From NCBI GenBank assembly GCA_001875345.1, contig MIZA01000001.1, positions 71,513 to 135,512 on the forward strand: a stretch of DNA of 64,000 bases, given 5' to 3'. This document shows positions 29,415 through 39,965 of the stretch, piece by piece. Below the pieces are notes generated by a model. It made no database searches. It had not been told where the DNA came from and saw only the letters and a list, made by a program, of their open reading frames with translations. This DNA comes from Marine Group III euryarchaeote CG-Epi1. GTDB taxonomy: Archaea > Thermoplasmatota > Poseidoniia > MGIII > CG-Epi1. Numbering within the stretch: position 1 is the first letter of the stretch; every line of letters starts with the position of its first letter. The translations under genes and the position numbers were made by a program.

Positions 29415-30337
29415 ATAAACAAAAGCAAATTACTTTGCAAACAAGAATTGCTGAACGTTATGCCAGAATAGTCGACAATAAAGACGAGTTTTCTAGAAGC
29501 ATAAATCAACCCCTGAAACAATCATTTAGGATAAATTCTTTGAAAGGAGATACTGAAAAAATACTAGAAAGTCTAAGAAAATATGATAATTCTATTTCTC
29601 CTACAAATTGGTACGAGAATGGATTCACAACAAATTTAGATAATTTAGGAAGCAGTATAGAGCATTTTTCTGGCCAAATTTATATACAAGAACTAACGTC
29701 AATGATGCCTGCGTTATCAATCGCTGACGTCAATGAATCTAAAAGGATAATAGATTGTTGTGCTGCACCTGGATCAAAAACTACACAACTTGCTGAAATG
29801 ATGAAAAATAAAGGGGAAATTATAGCAAATGATAACAAACATTCACGGTTGAAGGCATTAAGAGGTAATTTAGACCGATTAGGAATAGTAAATACAACAG
29901 TCACCCTAAGAGATTTTAGGTCATTCCCGAATACCGAAGCTGACATTTATCTTGTTGATGCGCCCTGCAGTTCTGAAGGAACGATTCGTAAAAAAAATAC
30001 AATCAAAAGAAATCTCAAAGAAAAAGACTATGAAAGATTTTCAAAAATACAAAAAGGTATACTCAACAGAGCCTGTGAAATGGCTGAAAGAGGAGATCAG
30101 ATAGTCTATTCAACCTGTACTTTTGCTCCAGAGGAAAATGAACATGTTGTAAATTCAATATTAGAAGAACATTCTGTAAAATTAAATAATATAAACATAA
30201 AAAATCTAAAAATGGGAAAAGGAATTAAGAATTGGAAAGATGAAAAATTTGATAGTGAAATAGAAAAATGTAGAAGAGTCTGGCCACATCACAATGACAC
30301 AGACGGCTTTTTCATAGCGAGGATTGAAAAATGTTAG
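29411..30337 (+). CDS. RsmB/NOP2-family RNA m5C methyltransferase
   Basis: YIQE, CAAPGSKT, DAPCS, YSTC, DGFFIA. Confidence 0.93.
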   Translation: MNKQKQITLQTRIAERYARIVDNKDEFSRSINQPLKQSFRINSLKGDTEKILESLRKYDNSISPTNWYENGFTTNLDNLGSSIEHFSGQIYIQELTSMMPALSIADVNESKRIIDCCAAPGSKTTQLAEMMKNKGEIIANDNKHSRLKALRGNLDRLGIVNTTVTLRDFRSFPNTEADIYLVDAPCSSEGTIRKKNTIKRNLKEKDYERFSKIQKGILNRACEMAERGDQIVYSTCTFAPEENEHVVNSILEEHSVKLNNINIKNLKMGKGIKNWKDEKFDSEIEKCRRVWPHHNDTDGFFIARIEKC

Positions 30338-30786
30338 TTTTACTAAAAAAAGAAAAAAAAGAAATGCTAATTGAATACTGTGTAGAAAGATTCGGAATTT
30401 CTAAAGTGATATTTGAAAATTATCAATTGTATGAAGGAAGCAAGAACAAAATATACTTAATCAAAGAATTACTTGAATTAAGATTTATACCAGAAAGCTC
30501 TGGATTGTGTATATTTAGATTCGATAAAACTCCAAAACCTACTACTAATTTTCTCCAATTATTTAGCGCAGATATATCTAAAAATGTTTTAGATATAGGT
30601 GAAAAAGATTTAATAAATTACTGTAAAGGAAATGATTTACAAGTGCATTCTGGCTCTAACAAAATAGAGCCTGGATTTATTGCAATTAGATATAACAACA
30701 GTATTGTTGGATGTGCACATTGGAACAAAATTACCGTAAGAAATCAATTGCCTAAATCTAGAAGATGCAAAATAAACTATTACTAA
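30331..30786 (+). CDS. RsmF C-terminal/NIP7-like PUA-domain protein
   Basis: ERFGI, KPTTNFLQLF, NQLPKSR; overlaps the NOP2 gene. Confidence 0.65.
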   Translation: MLVLLKKEKKEMLIEYCVERFGISKVIFENYQLYEGSKNKIYLIKELLELRFIPESSGLCIFRFDKTPKPTTNFLQLFSADISKNVLDIGEKDLINYCKGNDLQVHSGSNKIEPGFIAIRYNNSIVGCAHWNKITVRNQLPKSRRCKINYY

Positions 30787-30826
30787 TCAGGCATCTAATT
30801 TAATTATTGGTCTTTATAGGCTATTA

Positions 30827-32956
30827 ATGGGTCAAATGACCTTTAATTTTGAAACTGAAGAAAAAAAGCCTGAAAAAAAACAGGACGTTGAGATTAAAGA
30901 AGAGAAGAAAATTAAAAATAAAGAGAAAGCTAATCATAACTCTAATGAAATTATAGAAAAGAAAGTTAAATCTAAAAGTGTAAAAAATAAGAAAAATAAA
31001 AAAACTAAAGCCCACCAAATGGCAAAAGAACAAAGAGACATACCTGTATCTGAGTTTTTTGAACAAAATAGACATATTTTAGGATTTGATAACCCCACAC
31101 ACTCTCTAATTACTGCAGTTAAAGAAGGAGTAGACAATAGTTTAGATGCATGCGAACAAGCCGGAATTCTTCCTGATTTAATTATCAAAATTAGAAATCA
31201 AGGAAAAGATGAATTAAGTATCTCAATTGAAGACAACGGCCCGGGAATTATAGAAGAAAATGTACCTAACGTCTTTGGTAGGCTCCTATATGGTTCTAGG
31301 TTTGGTAGCGGAAAGCAATCTCGAGGACAGCAAGGTATTGGTATTTCTGCTGCAATAATGTATGGTCAACTAACAACTGGACGTTCTGCAGTTATTTGCA
31401 CTAGAATTTCTAAAGACCATTTAGCTACGAAAATAACCATGAAATTAGATACTCGTAATAATCGAGGAAATGTTGAAAGAAAAGAAGATTTCATTTGGAA
31501 AGATGAATTGCAAGAAGCTAATGAAGATGGAATTTATCCTGAGAAAGAGCACGGAACTAAGGTTTCATTTTCAATTAAAGGTAGATATCGTGAAGCAAGA
31601 CCCTCTGTTCTTGAATATATCAAATCAACTTCAATCGTCAACCCACATGCTAAAGTTGTTTTCGTCAATCCTGATGAGAAAGTTTTCACTTTTGATCGTG
31701 CAATTTCAAAATTACCTAAGCTGCCTACAGAGGGCGTAAAACCTCATCCGCACGGAGTCGAGCTTGGCCAAGTAATGAGAATGGCGCAGCATAGCTCTGA
31801 ACATCAGATGGTGAAATTTCTTCGTAAAGATTTTTCTTCTATGGGTACAAAAAGTATAAGCGATGTTCTTAAAAAATCTAGAATTGCAAACATTGTAAGG
31901 CCTCAAGATTTAACTCGCATAGAAGCTAAGGCCTTAATTGAATCTTTCAAAAGTACAAGTATTCGTACTCCTACTAGTGGCATTTTAGTACCTATTGGAC
32001 CAAAACTGATTAAAATGGGTTTAAAGCAGGTTTTGGAAGAATATAGGCCTGATTTTTACACTCTACCAATTAGTCGTACACCATCTGTTTTCTCTGGGAC
32101 TCCGTTTTTAGTTGAAGTAGGCATGGTTTATGGAGGAAATTTACCTAAAGACCAACCTGTACAAATGCTAAGATTTGCAAATAGAGTGCCACTTCTCTAT
32201 CAAGCTGGAGGTTGTGCGATAACAAAGGCAGTACAGAGCATAAATTGGAGACTTTACGGTCTAGAACAAAAGGGTGGAAAGGGGACTCCAAGTGGACCAG
32301 CCATTATCTTAATTCATGTGGCATCAACGAATATACCCTTTACTTCAGAAGCTAAGGAAGCTATAGCTGATATTACTGAAATTAAAAAAGAAATTGTACT
32401 AGGATTAAGGAATAACGCAAAGACACTTGCCAGGCATTTGAAAAAGCAAAAAAAGAGAGCTAAGGTAAGTGAAAAATTTGATTTAGTTCAAAAAGTATTA
32501 CCCGCAATTGCAGAGAAAACTTCTAGTGTAGTTGGAAAGCCTGTTCCAAATTTAGACAAAGTAGTTGCTGCAATAATGGACGTAGTGTGGATTGAAGAAA
32601 GCATAGATTACGATAAAGAAGGAATTAATATTGAAGTTCAGATAACAAACTACAGGCTAAGATCTGCCAATTTCAAGCTTCGCGCAGAGGTGCCTGGACA
32701 TCAAATTAAGAATGCTGAACCCAGACCTGGAAAGCGTGTTGGAAACCAGGTAATATGGTCTGTTGGCCTACCAACTACTGAATCAACAAAGTACAAATTA
32801 AATATACCCGGAGGAACGCGAAGCAGCTTTGAAGGGCTTGAATTATGGATTGAAGGAATGGATTCTACCAATATAATCGGGGCCGAAGCATGGACTGGCG
32901 TCTCCGATCCTGGAATAAGCGAGGCAATGGAAGCTGAAAAACAAGGCCTTACCTAA
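30827..32956 (+). CDS. top6B: DNA topoisomerase VI subunit B
   Basis: SEFFEQNRHILGF, KEGVDNSLDACE, DNGPG, QSRGQQGIGIS, RFANRVPLLY, IPFTSEAKEAIA; Lys-rich N-terminal extension and extra C-terminal domain. Confidence 0.96.
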   Translation: MGQMTFNFETEEKKPEKKQDVEIKEEKKIKNKEKANHNSNEIIEKKVKSKSVKNKKNKKTKAHQMAKEQRDIPVSEFFEQNRHILGFDNPTHSLITAVKEGVDNSLDACEQAGILPDLIIKIRNQGKDELSISIEDNGPGIIEENVPNVFGRLLYGSRFGSGKQSRGQQGIGISAAIMYGQLTTGRSAVICTRISKDHLATKITMKLDTRNNRGNVERKEDFIWKDELQEANEDGIYPEKEHGTKVSFSIKGRYREARPSVLEYIKSTSIVNPHAKVVFVNPDEKVFTFDRAISKLPKLPTEGVKPHPHGVELGQVMRMAQHSSEHQMVKFLRKDFSSMGTKSISDVLKKSRIANIVRPQDLTRIEAKALIESFKSTSIRTPTSGILVPIGPKLIKMGLKQVLEEYRPDFYTLPISRTPSVFSGTPFLVEVGMVYGGNLPKDQPVQMLRFANRVPLLYQAGGCAITKAVQSINWRLYGLEQKGGKGTPSGPAIILIHVASTNIPFTSEAKEAIADITEIKKEIVLGLRNNAKTLARHLKKQKKRAKVSEKFDLVQKVLPAIAEKTSSVVGKPVPNLDKVVAAIMDVVWIEESIDYDKEGINIEVQITNYRLRSANFKLRAEVPGHQIKNAEPRPGKRVGNQVIWSVGLPTTESTKYKLNIPGGTRSSFEGLELWIEGMDSTNIIGAEAWTGVSDPGISEAMEAEKQGLT

Positions 32957-33540
32957 TGAATCTACCTAACTACCTTAGAAAAAAAAGAGGCTTATTACAA
33001 ATACGTAAGGATGGTGGATGGGATGTTTGGAATCCTTACCATTCCAAACTATCTGCCTATCTAGTTGCAGGTGGTAAAAATTGGCCATTTAAGAAAAACA
33101 GTAAAATACTATATTTAGGTTCTGCAGAAGGCAATACAATTAGTTATTTGAGTGAGATTTGTAAGACTAATAGCATCACTGCAGTTGAAATTTCACCTGT
33201 AGCTATGGCCGAACTATTAGTTTTGGCTAAAAAAAAAGATAACATTATTCCATGCTTGTGTGATGCTCATTTTCCTGAAAAATATAGAATTCAAGCAAAT
33301 AATCCTGAAATAATTTATCAAGATATTGCGCAAAATGATCAAGTAGATATTTTTATTCGAAATTGTGAATATTTCAAACCAAAACAGGCCTTTTTGATGC
33401 TTAAAACGCAGTCAATAGCCAAGAGAGATTTTGATATTTTTAAAAATACCGAAAAAAGATTAAGTGAAATATTTGAAAAAGTGGAAAGTGTCAACATAAA
33501 TAAGTGGGCTAAAGGACATTCCGCATATTTCATGGAATAA
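32956..33540 (+). CDS. flpA: Fibrillarin-like rRNA/tRNA 2'-O-methyltransferase
   Basis: WNPYHSKL, LYLG, NIIP..DA, YQDIAQ.DQ. Confidence 0.9.
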   Translation: MNLPNYLRKKRGLLQIRKDGGWDVWNPYHSKLSAYLVAGGKNWPFKKNSKILYLGSAEGNTISYLSEICKTNSITAVEISPVAMAELLVLAKKKDNIIPCLCDAHFPEKYRIQANNPEIIYQDIAQNDQVDIFIRNCEYFKPKQAFLMLKTQSIAKRDFDIFKNTEKRLSEIFEKVESVNINKWAKGHSAYFME

Positions 33541-33615
33541 TGGAGCCATCGGTGGGAATCGAACCCACGACCTGCGCATTACCAATGCACCGCTATACCC
33601 CTTAGCCACGATGGC
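33541..33615 (-). tRNA. tRNA-Thr(GGT)
   Basis: Reverse complement GCCATCG...GTGCA-TTGGTAA-TGCGC...GTGGGTTCGATTCCCAC-CGATGGC-TCCA; full cloverleaf with encoded CCA. Confidence 0.95.
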
Positions 33616-33721
33616 TCGAATTTAGACTAGAGGATGTCCTAAAAAGAGTTTATCATAAGCTTCTGTACAAAATCCACCCAAAGATTATTAGCCCCCATGC
33701 TAATGTCATGCAAATATTCTA

Positions 33722-36700
33722 ATGAAAAACATGGTAAAATACATTAAAGATAGAAAAAGTAAAGGAGAAATACTCAAAACTTTTGAACCAATAGTAAGGA
33801 AATGGTTTAATGAAAGATTTAACGACTTAACTCCTCCTCAGGCAATGGCCGTTCCTCTGATTAAAAATAAAGAAAATGTCCTTGTTTCAAGCCCTACTGG
33901 CTCAGGAAAAACTCTCACTGCTTTTCTAAGTATTCTAAATGATTTCTTTAAAAAATACAGAGAAGGAAATTTTGAAGAAGGCGTACATGCGATATATATT
34001 TCTCCTTTAAAGGCTCTTGCAAATGATATAGATAGGAATCTTAAACAACCTTTAGAAGAAATGATGTCATTAGCTGAAAAGCTGGAAATGGATGTTCCAG
34101 ACATTAAAGTAGCTGTAAGATCCGGAGACACCTCCTTAAAGGAAAGGGCAAGGATGGTTAGAAAGCCACCTCACATTCTAATAACTACACCTGAAAGTTT
34201 AGGACTCTTACTTTCCTCGAAAAAATTTCGCGATCATTTTAGAAAAACAAGATATATTATTTTAGACGAAATACACGATTTAGCAAATAACAAAAGAGGA
34301 ACTCATCTTTCGCTATCAGTTGAAAGGCTAGCCGAGATTATAGAAGAGGAACCTGTGCGGATTGGCCTCTCTGCTACCCAAGCCCCAATTGAAGACATAG
34401 CGGGCTTTCTAGGTGGATACGAGAAAAATAAACCAAGGCCCGTAAATATCGTAGACGTAAAGGAAAGAAAACATTTAGATTTGAAAGTATTGTGCCCTGT
34501 GGATGACTTGACTTTACACTCCACTGAAATCATTAATAGCAAAATGTACGACATGTTAGTTGATTTAGTTAAAGATCATAGGACCACTTTAATCTTCACC
34601 AATACAAGAGCTGGGACTGAGTCCATTGCCATGCAGCTTAAAGAAAGAGGAATTGAAAAATTAGCAGCTCATCACGGATCATTGTCTAAGGAAATGAGAT
34701 TTGACGTTGAAACAAAATTAAAAGCTGGTGAAATGGATGTAGTAATTTCATCGACTAGTTTAGAATTGGGAATAGATATAGGATATGTTGATTTAGTTGT
34801 CCAAATAGGCTCACCAAAATCAATAGCAAAAGGATTACAGCGAATTGGAAGAGCTGGACATGCCTTAAGAGCGATTTCAAAAGGTAGGTTAGTCGTTTTT
34901 GATTCCGATGATTTAATTGAATGTGCTGTCTTAGTTAAATCTGCATATGAAGGCCAAATTGACCGCGTTTCTATACCTGAAAAGGCAACAGATGTACTGG
35001 CTCAGTCAATCATTGGAATGTCCCTAGACAAACAATGGGAAACCGATGAAATGTATAAATTAATTTCATCTGCTTATCCTTATCGAAACTTAACAAAGAA
35101 TGAATTTTTAGATGTTCTAGATTTCCTCGGAGGTGATGCTTTAGAAAAACACGGAGTTTACCCTAAAATATGGTATGATAAAAATAAAAAAGAAATAGGA
35201 ATAAAAAGAGGTTCTAGACAAATTTACAACATGAACATTGGAACTATACCTCAGGAAATTAACTACGCTGTTGTTTTAGAAGGTAGAGGCATTCAATTAG
35301 GAAACCTATCTGAGAAATTCGTTGAAAATCTATCCAAAAATGATATTTTTGTACTTGGTGGAAGAACTTACCAGTACATAGAATCAGACAGATCTACTGT
35401 TGTAGTAAAAGATGGACTTGGTAGAAAACCAACCGTGCCCTCTTGGTCTGGAGAAATGTTGCCTCGCTCTTTTGACTTATCTGAATCTGTGGGCAAATTT
35501 AGAAATGAACTTGAAGAAAAATTAAAGAATAAAGATAACGATATTGAGGAATGGTTAAATGAAGTTTACAAATTAGATAGAGGGGCTGCGAGAACAGTGA
35601 TTTCTCATTTAGATGAACAGCGTAAACTTTGCGGATTCATACCTTCCGATACTAATTTACTCGTCGAAGGTTACATAGATAATAGAGGACGAAATGGAGC
35701 AATATTTCATTTTCCGTTTGGAAGGAGAGTTAACGATGCACTTTCAAGAGCTTTTGCATTTGAACTAGGTAAAGAAATTGGAAGCAGTGTAAGAATTTCT
35801 TTGAGCGATGACGCCTTTTTACTTACCTTTCCAACTAGATTAGCAATAGAAGGACTCGCTGAAAGGTTAATGCCTGAAAACTTAGAACCACTTCTAAGAA
35901 AAGCCATTACAAACACTGAAATTTTTGCTCAGAGGTTCCGTCACTGTGCAAATAGATCCTTTATGGTCTTAAGAAATTATAAAGGTAGAGAAATTTCACT
36001 ACCAAGGCAACAATTAAGAACTTCCCAAGTACTTGAAGCTATTAATGAAGTCGAAACTTTCCCAATGCTTGAAGAAGCTTATCGTGAAGTTCTTTTTGAT
36101 GCATTCGATTTAAAAAACGCACAACTTGTTCTGGATGAAGTAAGAAGTAAAAGACGTAAAATTAATTATCGAACTTATTCTCCAATTCCTTCCCCATTAG
36201 CACACGGACTGATTCTTTCAGGGCTGAGTGATATTGTGCTTATGGAAGATAGATCTGCGTTATTGCGGGAACTTCACTCACAAGTCCTTGGGAAAGTTTT
36301 AGAAGAAGATGGAGGAGATAAACCTAGATTTGAAAAAGAACTTATTGACAGTTATTTTAATGAAAAAAGACCGATAATTGGTGATGAGGAAAGTTTACTA
36401 GAGGCTGTAAAGCAAATTGGTGGATTATATTTATTAGATGACAAAGAAAAATCTGTTTACAGGATGTCAGACAGAGCGTCTTCTGAAATTCAAGAGTTAG
36501 CAAAAAGATTGATTGAGGATGGATCTGTAGAGTCTGTGTGGACTGGAACAAAAGAAACCTTGTATTCACTGCCTGAACTAGTTCCTTACTATAAAGCCAC
36601 ATACGGTAAAGATGAAAAATTGAGTGCTTCAGCAAAGAAAACATATTCTAAAATAAAAGAGAATACAAAAATAACTAGCAAAAAGGTAGCTGACGAATTA

Positions 36701-39067
36701 CACTCAAATTACTTAGTTTCTAAAAAAGTGGAAACTTTCGCAAAAAGAAATGTTGAAAAGACTCTAAATTATGAAAAATCATTAGATTGGATTATCAAAA
36801 AACACATCGGTTTTGTAGGACCTAGAGCTTCAGAAGAACTAGCCGTTGAATTAAATTTGCCTGAAGAAATAATTAACCAAACACTATACGAATTAGAAGA
36901 ACAAGGTATTGTTCAGGGAGGTAATTTTTCTCTCGGAAGGAAAATGCCCCAATATTTATTGGCTGAAGATGTAATTTATCTTGAAGCTCAATCTCATGGA
37001 GGATTAGAGGTTGTTTCTGAAGTTACTCTACGTGAGTACATTGATAAAAAATTATTCCGAAAATTTGACTCTTTACAGACTTTATTTGAACAATATACTG
37101 ATGTTTCATCTCCTAGAATTGTTTTCCACAGATTAAAAAATCCTAATTTAGAGGAATGGTGGGAATGGAGAGATTCAGATGCGATATTACAGGGGCGGTT
37201 CTTCGCAGGAAGACTAAGATATGTACCTGCAAATAAAATTGGAATGTACCAAGCCTTGTTCAAAAGGGAAGTAAAAGGAAAAGTCCAGAATCTAATTATC
37301 GATATGCTTAGAAGAAGCCCACCTATGACAAAAAGTGAGATTGCAAAAGAATTAGAAATAAAGACTGAAATTATTGATGGAGCTCTGAGGAGTTTGGAGG
37401 AAGGTTTAATCATCCATAGATACAATCGACATCGAAATCCATGGACTACGCATAACAGGTATAGACTATTAAGTGAATATGATCCTCCTGAAAATGTAAT
37501 TAGAAGCTTAATGGTTGATGTTTTGAGAAGCTCAGGGCCTTTGACCTTTGCCGAACTTCGCCGGGAATGCGGATTACCTTTGGATTCAGCTAGAAATATA
37601 ATCAATCAACTTCAAGAAGAAGAAATTATCTCTAGGATTATTGTAGTAGGAGCTACACGATTATTTACCTACTGTCTTACCGAAGAATTAGAAGAGATAA
37701 AAAACACTGAGGAAAAAAATGTAACACGCGTTATCTCATGGAGAGATCCTATGCTCACGCACATTAGAAGAGAAATGTATTCAAGTTATGGAGAGGCTTG
37801 GACAAATCCGGTTATCAAAGGAGGAATGGTCTCAGGATATCTCGAATCATGGGCCATGTCAGGGCTACTAGATGTAAGGGAAATTATTCTCGATGAAAAT
37901 GTATCCATTAGCGAATTCTTAGAAGGCTTAGATGAATTTTCACAGTACCAAGAAAACTTTCACAGCAATATAATTAGAATTAAAGTATTTGATGGTACGA
38001 AAGTACCTGATTTGGATGAAAAAATAATTGAACAGTTTATAAAATGTGGATATCAAAGAATAAGAGATTGGCTTGTGAAAGGACCGGTATTAGATTTATC
38101 TTATCAAGAAAGAGACATTTCGGGATATCTACTTTGGAGGCAAAGAATACATCCCGAAAGAAGATTCAGAAATGCCCACGAAGCGTTTAGAGAAATGGGA
38201 GGAATAAGATCCGAATACGAATTATCATTAAGAGTACAAGGAAGATTTTTCCATCCTAAAGATTACGGAAATGAAATGGAACTAGTGCAAGGAGTTATGA
38301 TACCAGGATACTCAACTTATTGTAATGTAAGAGATGCAATAGTTTACAGAGATGCAAGAAATGAACCTCCAAATCCTGATGATAGGAGGTTGCTTGCTTT
38401 AGCGATTGATTCAAAGGGATTACCACGTGAGGAACTCTACAGGAGAAGTGGAATGGATCCCGACTCGTTTAAGCAATCACTTGCAAGGCTTTACCAATCT
38501 TTGCACCTTGTTCGAACAACAAGAGGAAATTACAGAACTCTTCCTGTTAACAGACTCTATGAAGCTGAGAAAGCAAGATTTGTTGTCGTAAAAAGGTTAA
38601 TTGAATCATTTGGAATAGTCTCTGCTGAGGGGCTAGGAATGCTACTAAAAGGAGAAATTCCTATGGCTGAATTAAGAAAAATACTCTACGAACTTGAAGA
38701 GGATGAAGTATTAGTTAAAGGCTTTTTCAAGGAAGGAAGCGAAACACTTTACTGGCTTTTGAAAGACGACATAGATCTGGTAAAAGGCCATTTATTCCAA
38801 GGAAGTTTTGTTCTAAATCAAGCTGACAGATTGGCTCACTACCTTAATGAAGAAGTTAAACAAAAATTTGGACTCGGTGCATGTAATGTGATTTTTAACT
38901 CTACACGTATGACTGGTGCATTCAAAATGTCAAAAAGGGGAAAAGATGTCATTATTACTGAATTTGTTGGAACAAATCATGAAAGGCACGTCATAGAAGC
39001 TTGGTGCAGGCAGTGGAGATTATCTATTGATTGGGAATTAAAGTCTGATGAAAAAGTTGAAGTCTAA
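33722..39067 (+). CDS. lhr: Large Lhr-family SF2 helicase with extended winged-helix/AlkZ-like C-terminus
   Basis: SPTGSGKT, SPLKAL, ITTPESL, DEIH, LSAT, HHGSL, SLELGIDIG, QRIGRAGH, NIGTIP, FGRRVNDAL; about 900 extra C-terminal aa. Confidence 0.92.
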   Translation: MKNMVKYIKDRKSKGEILKTFEPIVRKWFNERFNDLTPPQAMAVPLIKNKENVLVSSPTGSGKTLTAFLSILNDFFKKYREGNFEEGVHAIYISPLKALANDIDRNLKQPLEEMMSLAEKLEMDVPDIKVAVRSGDTSLKERARMVRKPPHILITTPESLGLLLSSKKFRDHFRKTRYIILDEIHDLANNKRGTHLSLSVERLAEIIEEEPVRIGLSATQAPIEDIAGFLGGYEKNKPRPVNIVDVKERKHLDLKVLCPVDDLTLHSTEIINSKMYDMLVDLVKDHRTTLIFTNTRAGTESIAMQLKERGIEKLAAHHGSLSKEMRFDVETKLKAGEMDVVISSTSLELGIDIGYVDLVVQIGSPKSIAKGLQRIGRAGHALRAISKGRLVVFDSDDLIECAVLVKSAYEGQIDRVSIPEKATDVLAQSIIGMSLDKQWETDEMYKLISSAYPYRNLTKNEFLDVLDFLGGDALEKHGVYPKIWYDKNKKEIGIKRGSRQIYNMNIGTIPQEINYAVVLEGRGIQLGNLSEKFVENLSKNDIFVLGGRTYQYIESDRSTVVVKDGLGRKPTVPSWSGEMLPRSFDLSESVGKFRNELEEKLKNKDNDIEEWLNEVYKLDRGAARTVISHLDEQRKLCGFIPSDTNLLVEGYIDNRGRNGAIFHFPFGRRVNDALSRAFAFELGKEIGSSVRISLSDDAFLLTFPTRLAIEGLAERLMPENLEPLLRKAITNTEIFAQRFRHCANRSFMVLRNYKGREISLPRQQLRTSQVLEAINEVETFPMLEEAYREVLFDAFDLKNAQLVLDEVRSKRRKINYRTYSPIPSPLAHGLILSGLSDIVLMEDRSALLRELHSQVLGKVLEEDGGDKPRFEKELIDSYFNEKRPIIGDEESLLEAVKQIGGLYLLDDKEKSVYRMSDRASSEIQELAKRLIEDGSVESVWTGTKETLYSLPELVPYYKATYGKDEKLSASAKKTYSKIKENTKITSKKVADELHSNYLVSKKVETFAKRNVEKTLNYEKSLDWIIKKHIGFVGPRASEELAVELNLPEEIINQTLYELEEQGIVQGGNFSLGRKMPQYLLAEDVIYLEAQSHGGLEVVSEVTLREYIDKKLFRKFDSLQTLFEQYTDVSSPRIVFHRLKNPNLEEWWEWRDSDAILQGRFFAGRLRYVPANKIGMYQALFKREVKGKVQNLIIDMLRRSPPMTKSEIAKELEIKTEIIDGALRSLEEGLIIHRYNRHRNPWTTHNRYRLLSEYDPPENVIRSLMVDVLRSSGPLTFAELRRECGLPLDSARNIINQLQEEEIISRIIVVGATRLFTYCLTEELEEIKNTEEKNVTRVISWRDPMLTHIRREMYSSYGEAWTNPVIKGGMVSGYLESWAMSGLLDVREIILDENVSISEFLEGLDEFSQYQENFHSNIIRIKVFDGTKVPDLDEKIIEQFIKCGYQRIRDWLVKGPVLDLSYQERDISGYLLWRQRIHPERRFRNAHEAFREMGGIRSEYELSLRVQGRFFHPKDYGNEMELVQGVMIPGYSTYCNVRDAIVYRDARNEPPNPDDRRLLALAIDSKGLPREELYRRSGMDPDSFKQSLARLYQSLHLVRTTRGNYRTLPVNRLYEAEKARFVVVKRLIESFGIVSAEGLGMLLKGEIPMAELRKILYELEEDEVLVKGFFKEGSETLYWLLKDDIDLVKGHLFQGSFVLNQADRLAHYLNEEVKQKFGLGACNVIFNSTRMTGAFKMSKRGKDVIITEFVGTNHERHVIEAWCRQWRLSIDWELKSDEKVEV

Positions 39068-39885
39068 ATAAATTCCTTGTAGATAAAATCCGGTAAATCT
39101 GTATGTATCTTAGAAAATTGCTCCTCATCTATAATTCCTTCTTCAAAGGATTTCAATGTTTTTCTAGGTACTGTTTTTGGGCCTAAAACTGCTCCAGGTC
39201 TATTAGGGTCATCTAGGTAATCTGTTTCCAACATGTGGGAATGATTATGCTTAGATGCAAAAGCTATATTTTCATTAGATGCTAGAAGAGACACTGTAAT
39301 TCCATGACTGTTTTTTATTGAACCTATACCTCCATAATGCTTGACTAAACGAGATTTTGGAAAACTGGCTTTACTTGCGACATTAGCCAGATCTGCCATA
39401 ACTTCAGGAGTTCCTGTTTCGGTATGTAGAATTACAGAGGCATCAACTTCTTTAGCTCTTTTTAACGACTCTTGAAGAATGCTATTAGACAAATTCCAGA
39501 TCTCTTCATCTACTTCAAAGTGAGGGCGCCCTAGCTCTCCAAGCCCAACTATCTTTCTTTCTTCAACTAAGTTTGTACAGAAATCAACTGCTTCTAGATA
39601 TATTTCAGAAGCTTTTTTAGAATCATAATAATCCAATAATTTGATCAATTGAACAGGATGAGGTGAAGAAACGACTGCTACTTTTGCACCTTCCTTTCTT
39701 GCCTTTTCGGAAAGATTCAATGTAGTCTTGACTTGATCCTTAAATTGTCCTATCTTTTTCCATGGTGAATATGGTTTGTGAACCAGAACTAAGCGAGTAC
39801 CGCCCGAGTTCAAGAAAGCCTTCACTGCTTTCTCTTTTTGACCTGAGGGGTCCAAATGAAAATGATTATCTGTTATGTCCACCAC
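39064..39885 (-). CDS. TatD-family metal-dependent hydrolase (archaeal COG1831-like)
   Basis: DNHFH, GELGRPHF, LHTE, KHY, ETDYLDDPNRPGAVLGPKTVPR. Confidence 0.9.
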   Translation of the reverse strand: MVDITDNHFHLDPSGQKEKAVKAFLNSGGTRLVLVHKPYSPWKKIGQFKDQVKTTLNLSEKARKEGAKVAVVSSPHPVQLIKLLDYYDSKKASEIYLEAVDFCTNLVEERKIVGLGELGRPHFEVDEEIWNLSNSILQESLKRAKEVDASVILHTETGTPEVMADLANVASKASFPKSRLVKHYGGIGSIKNSHGITVSLLASNENIAFASKHNHSHMLETDYLDDPNRPGAVLGPKTVPRKTLKSFEEGIIDEEQFSKIHTDLPDFIYKEFI

Positions 39886-39965
39886 GTTATAGTTAGAAAC
39901 CCAATGTAATACTTTTGTCTTTGAGCATAAAATTTATATCAACTGCCGGTTAGAAGTATTTCTGT

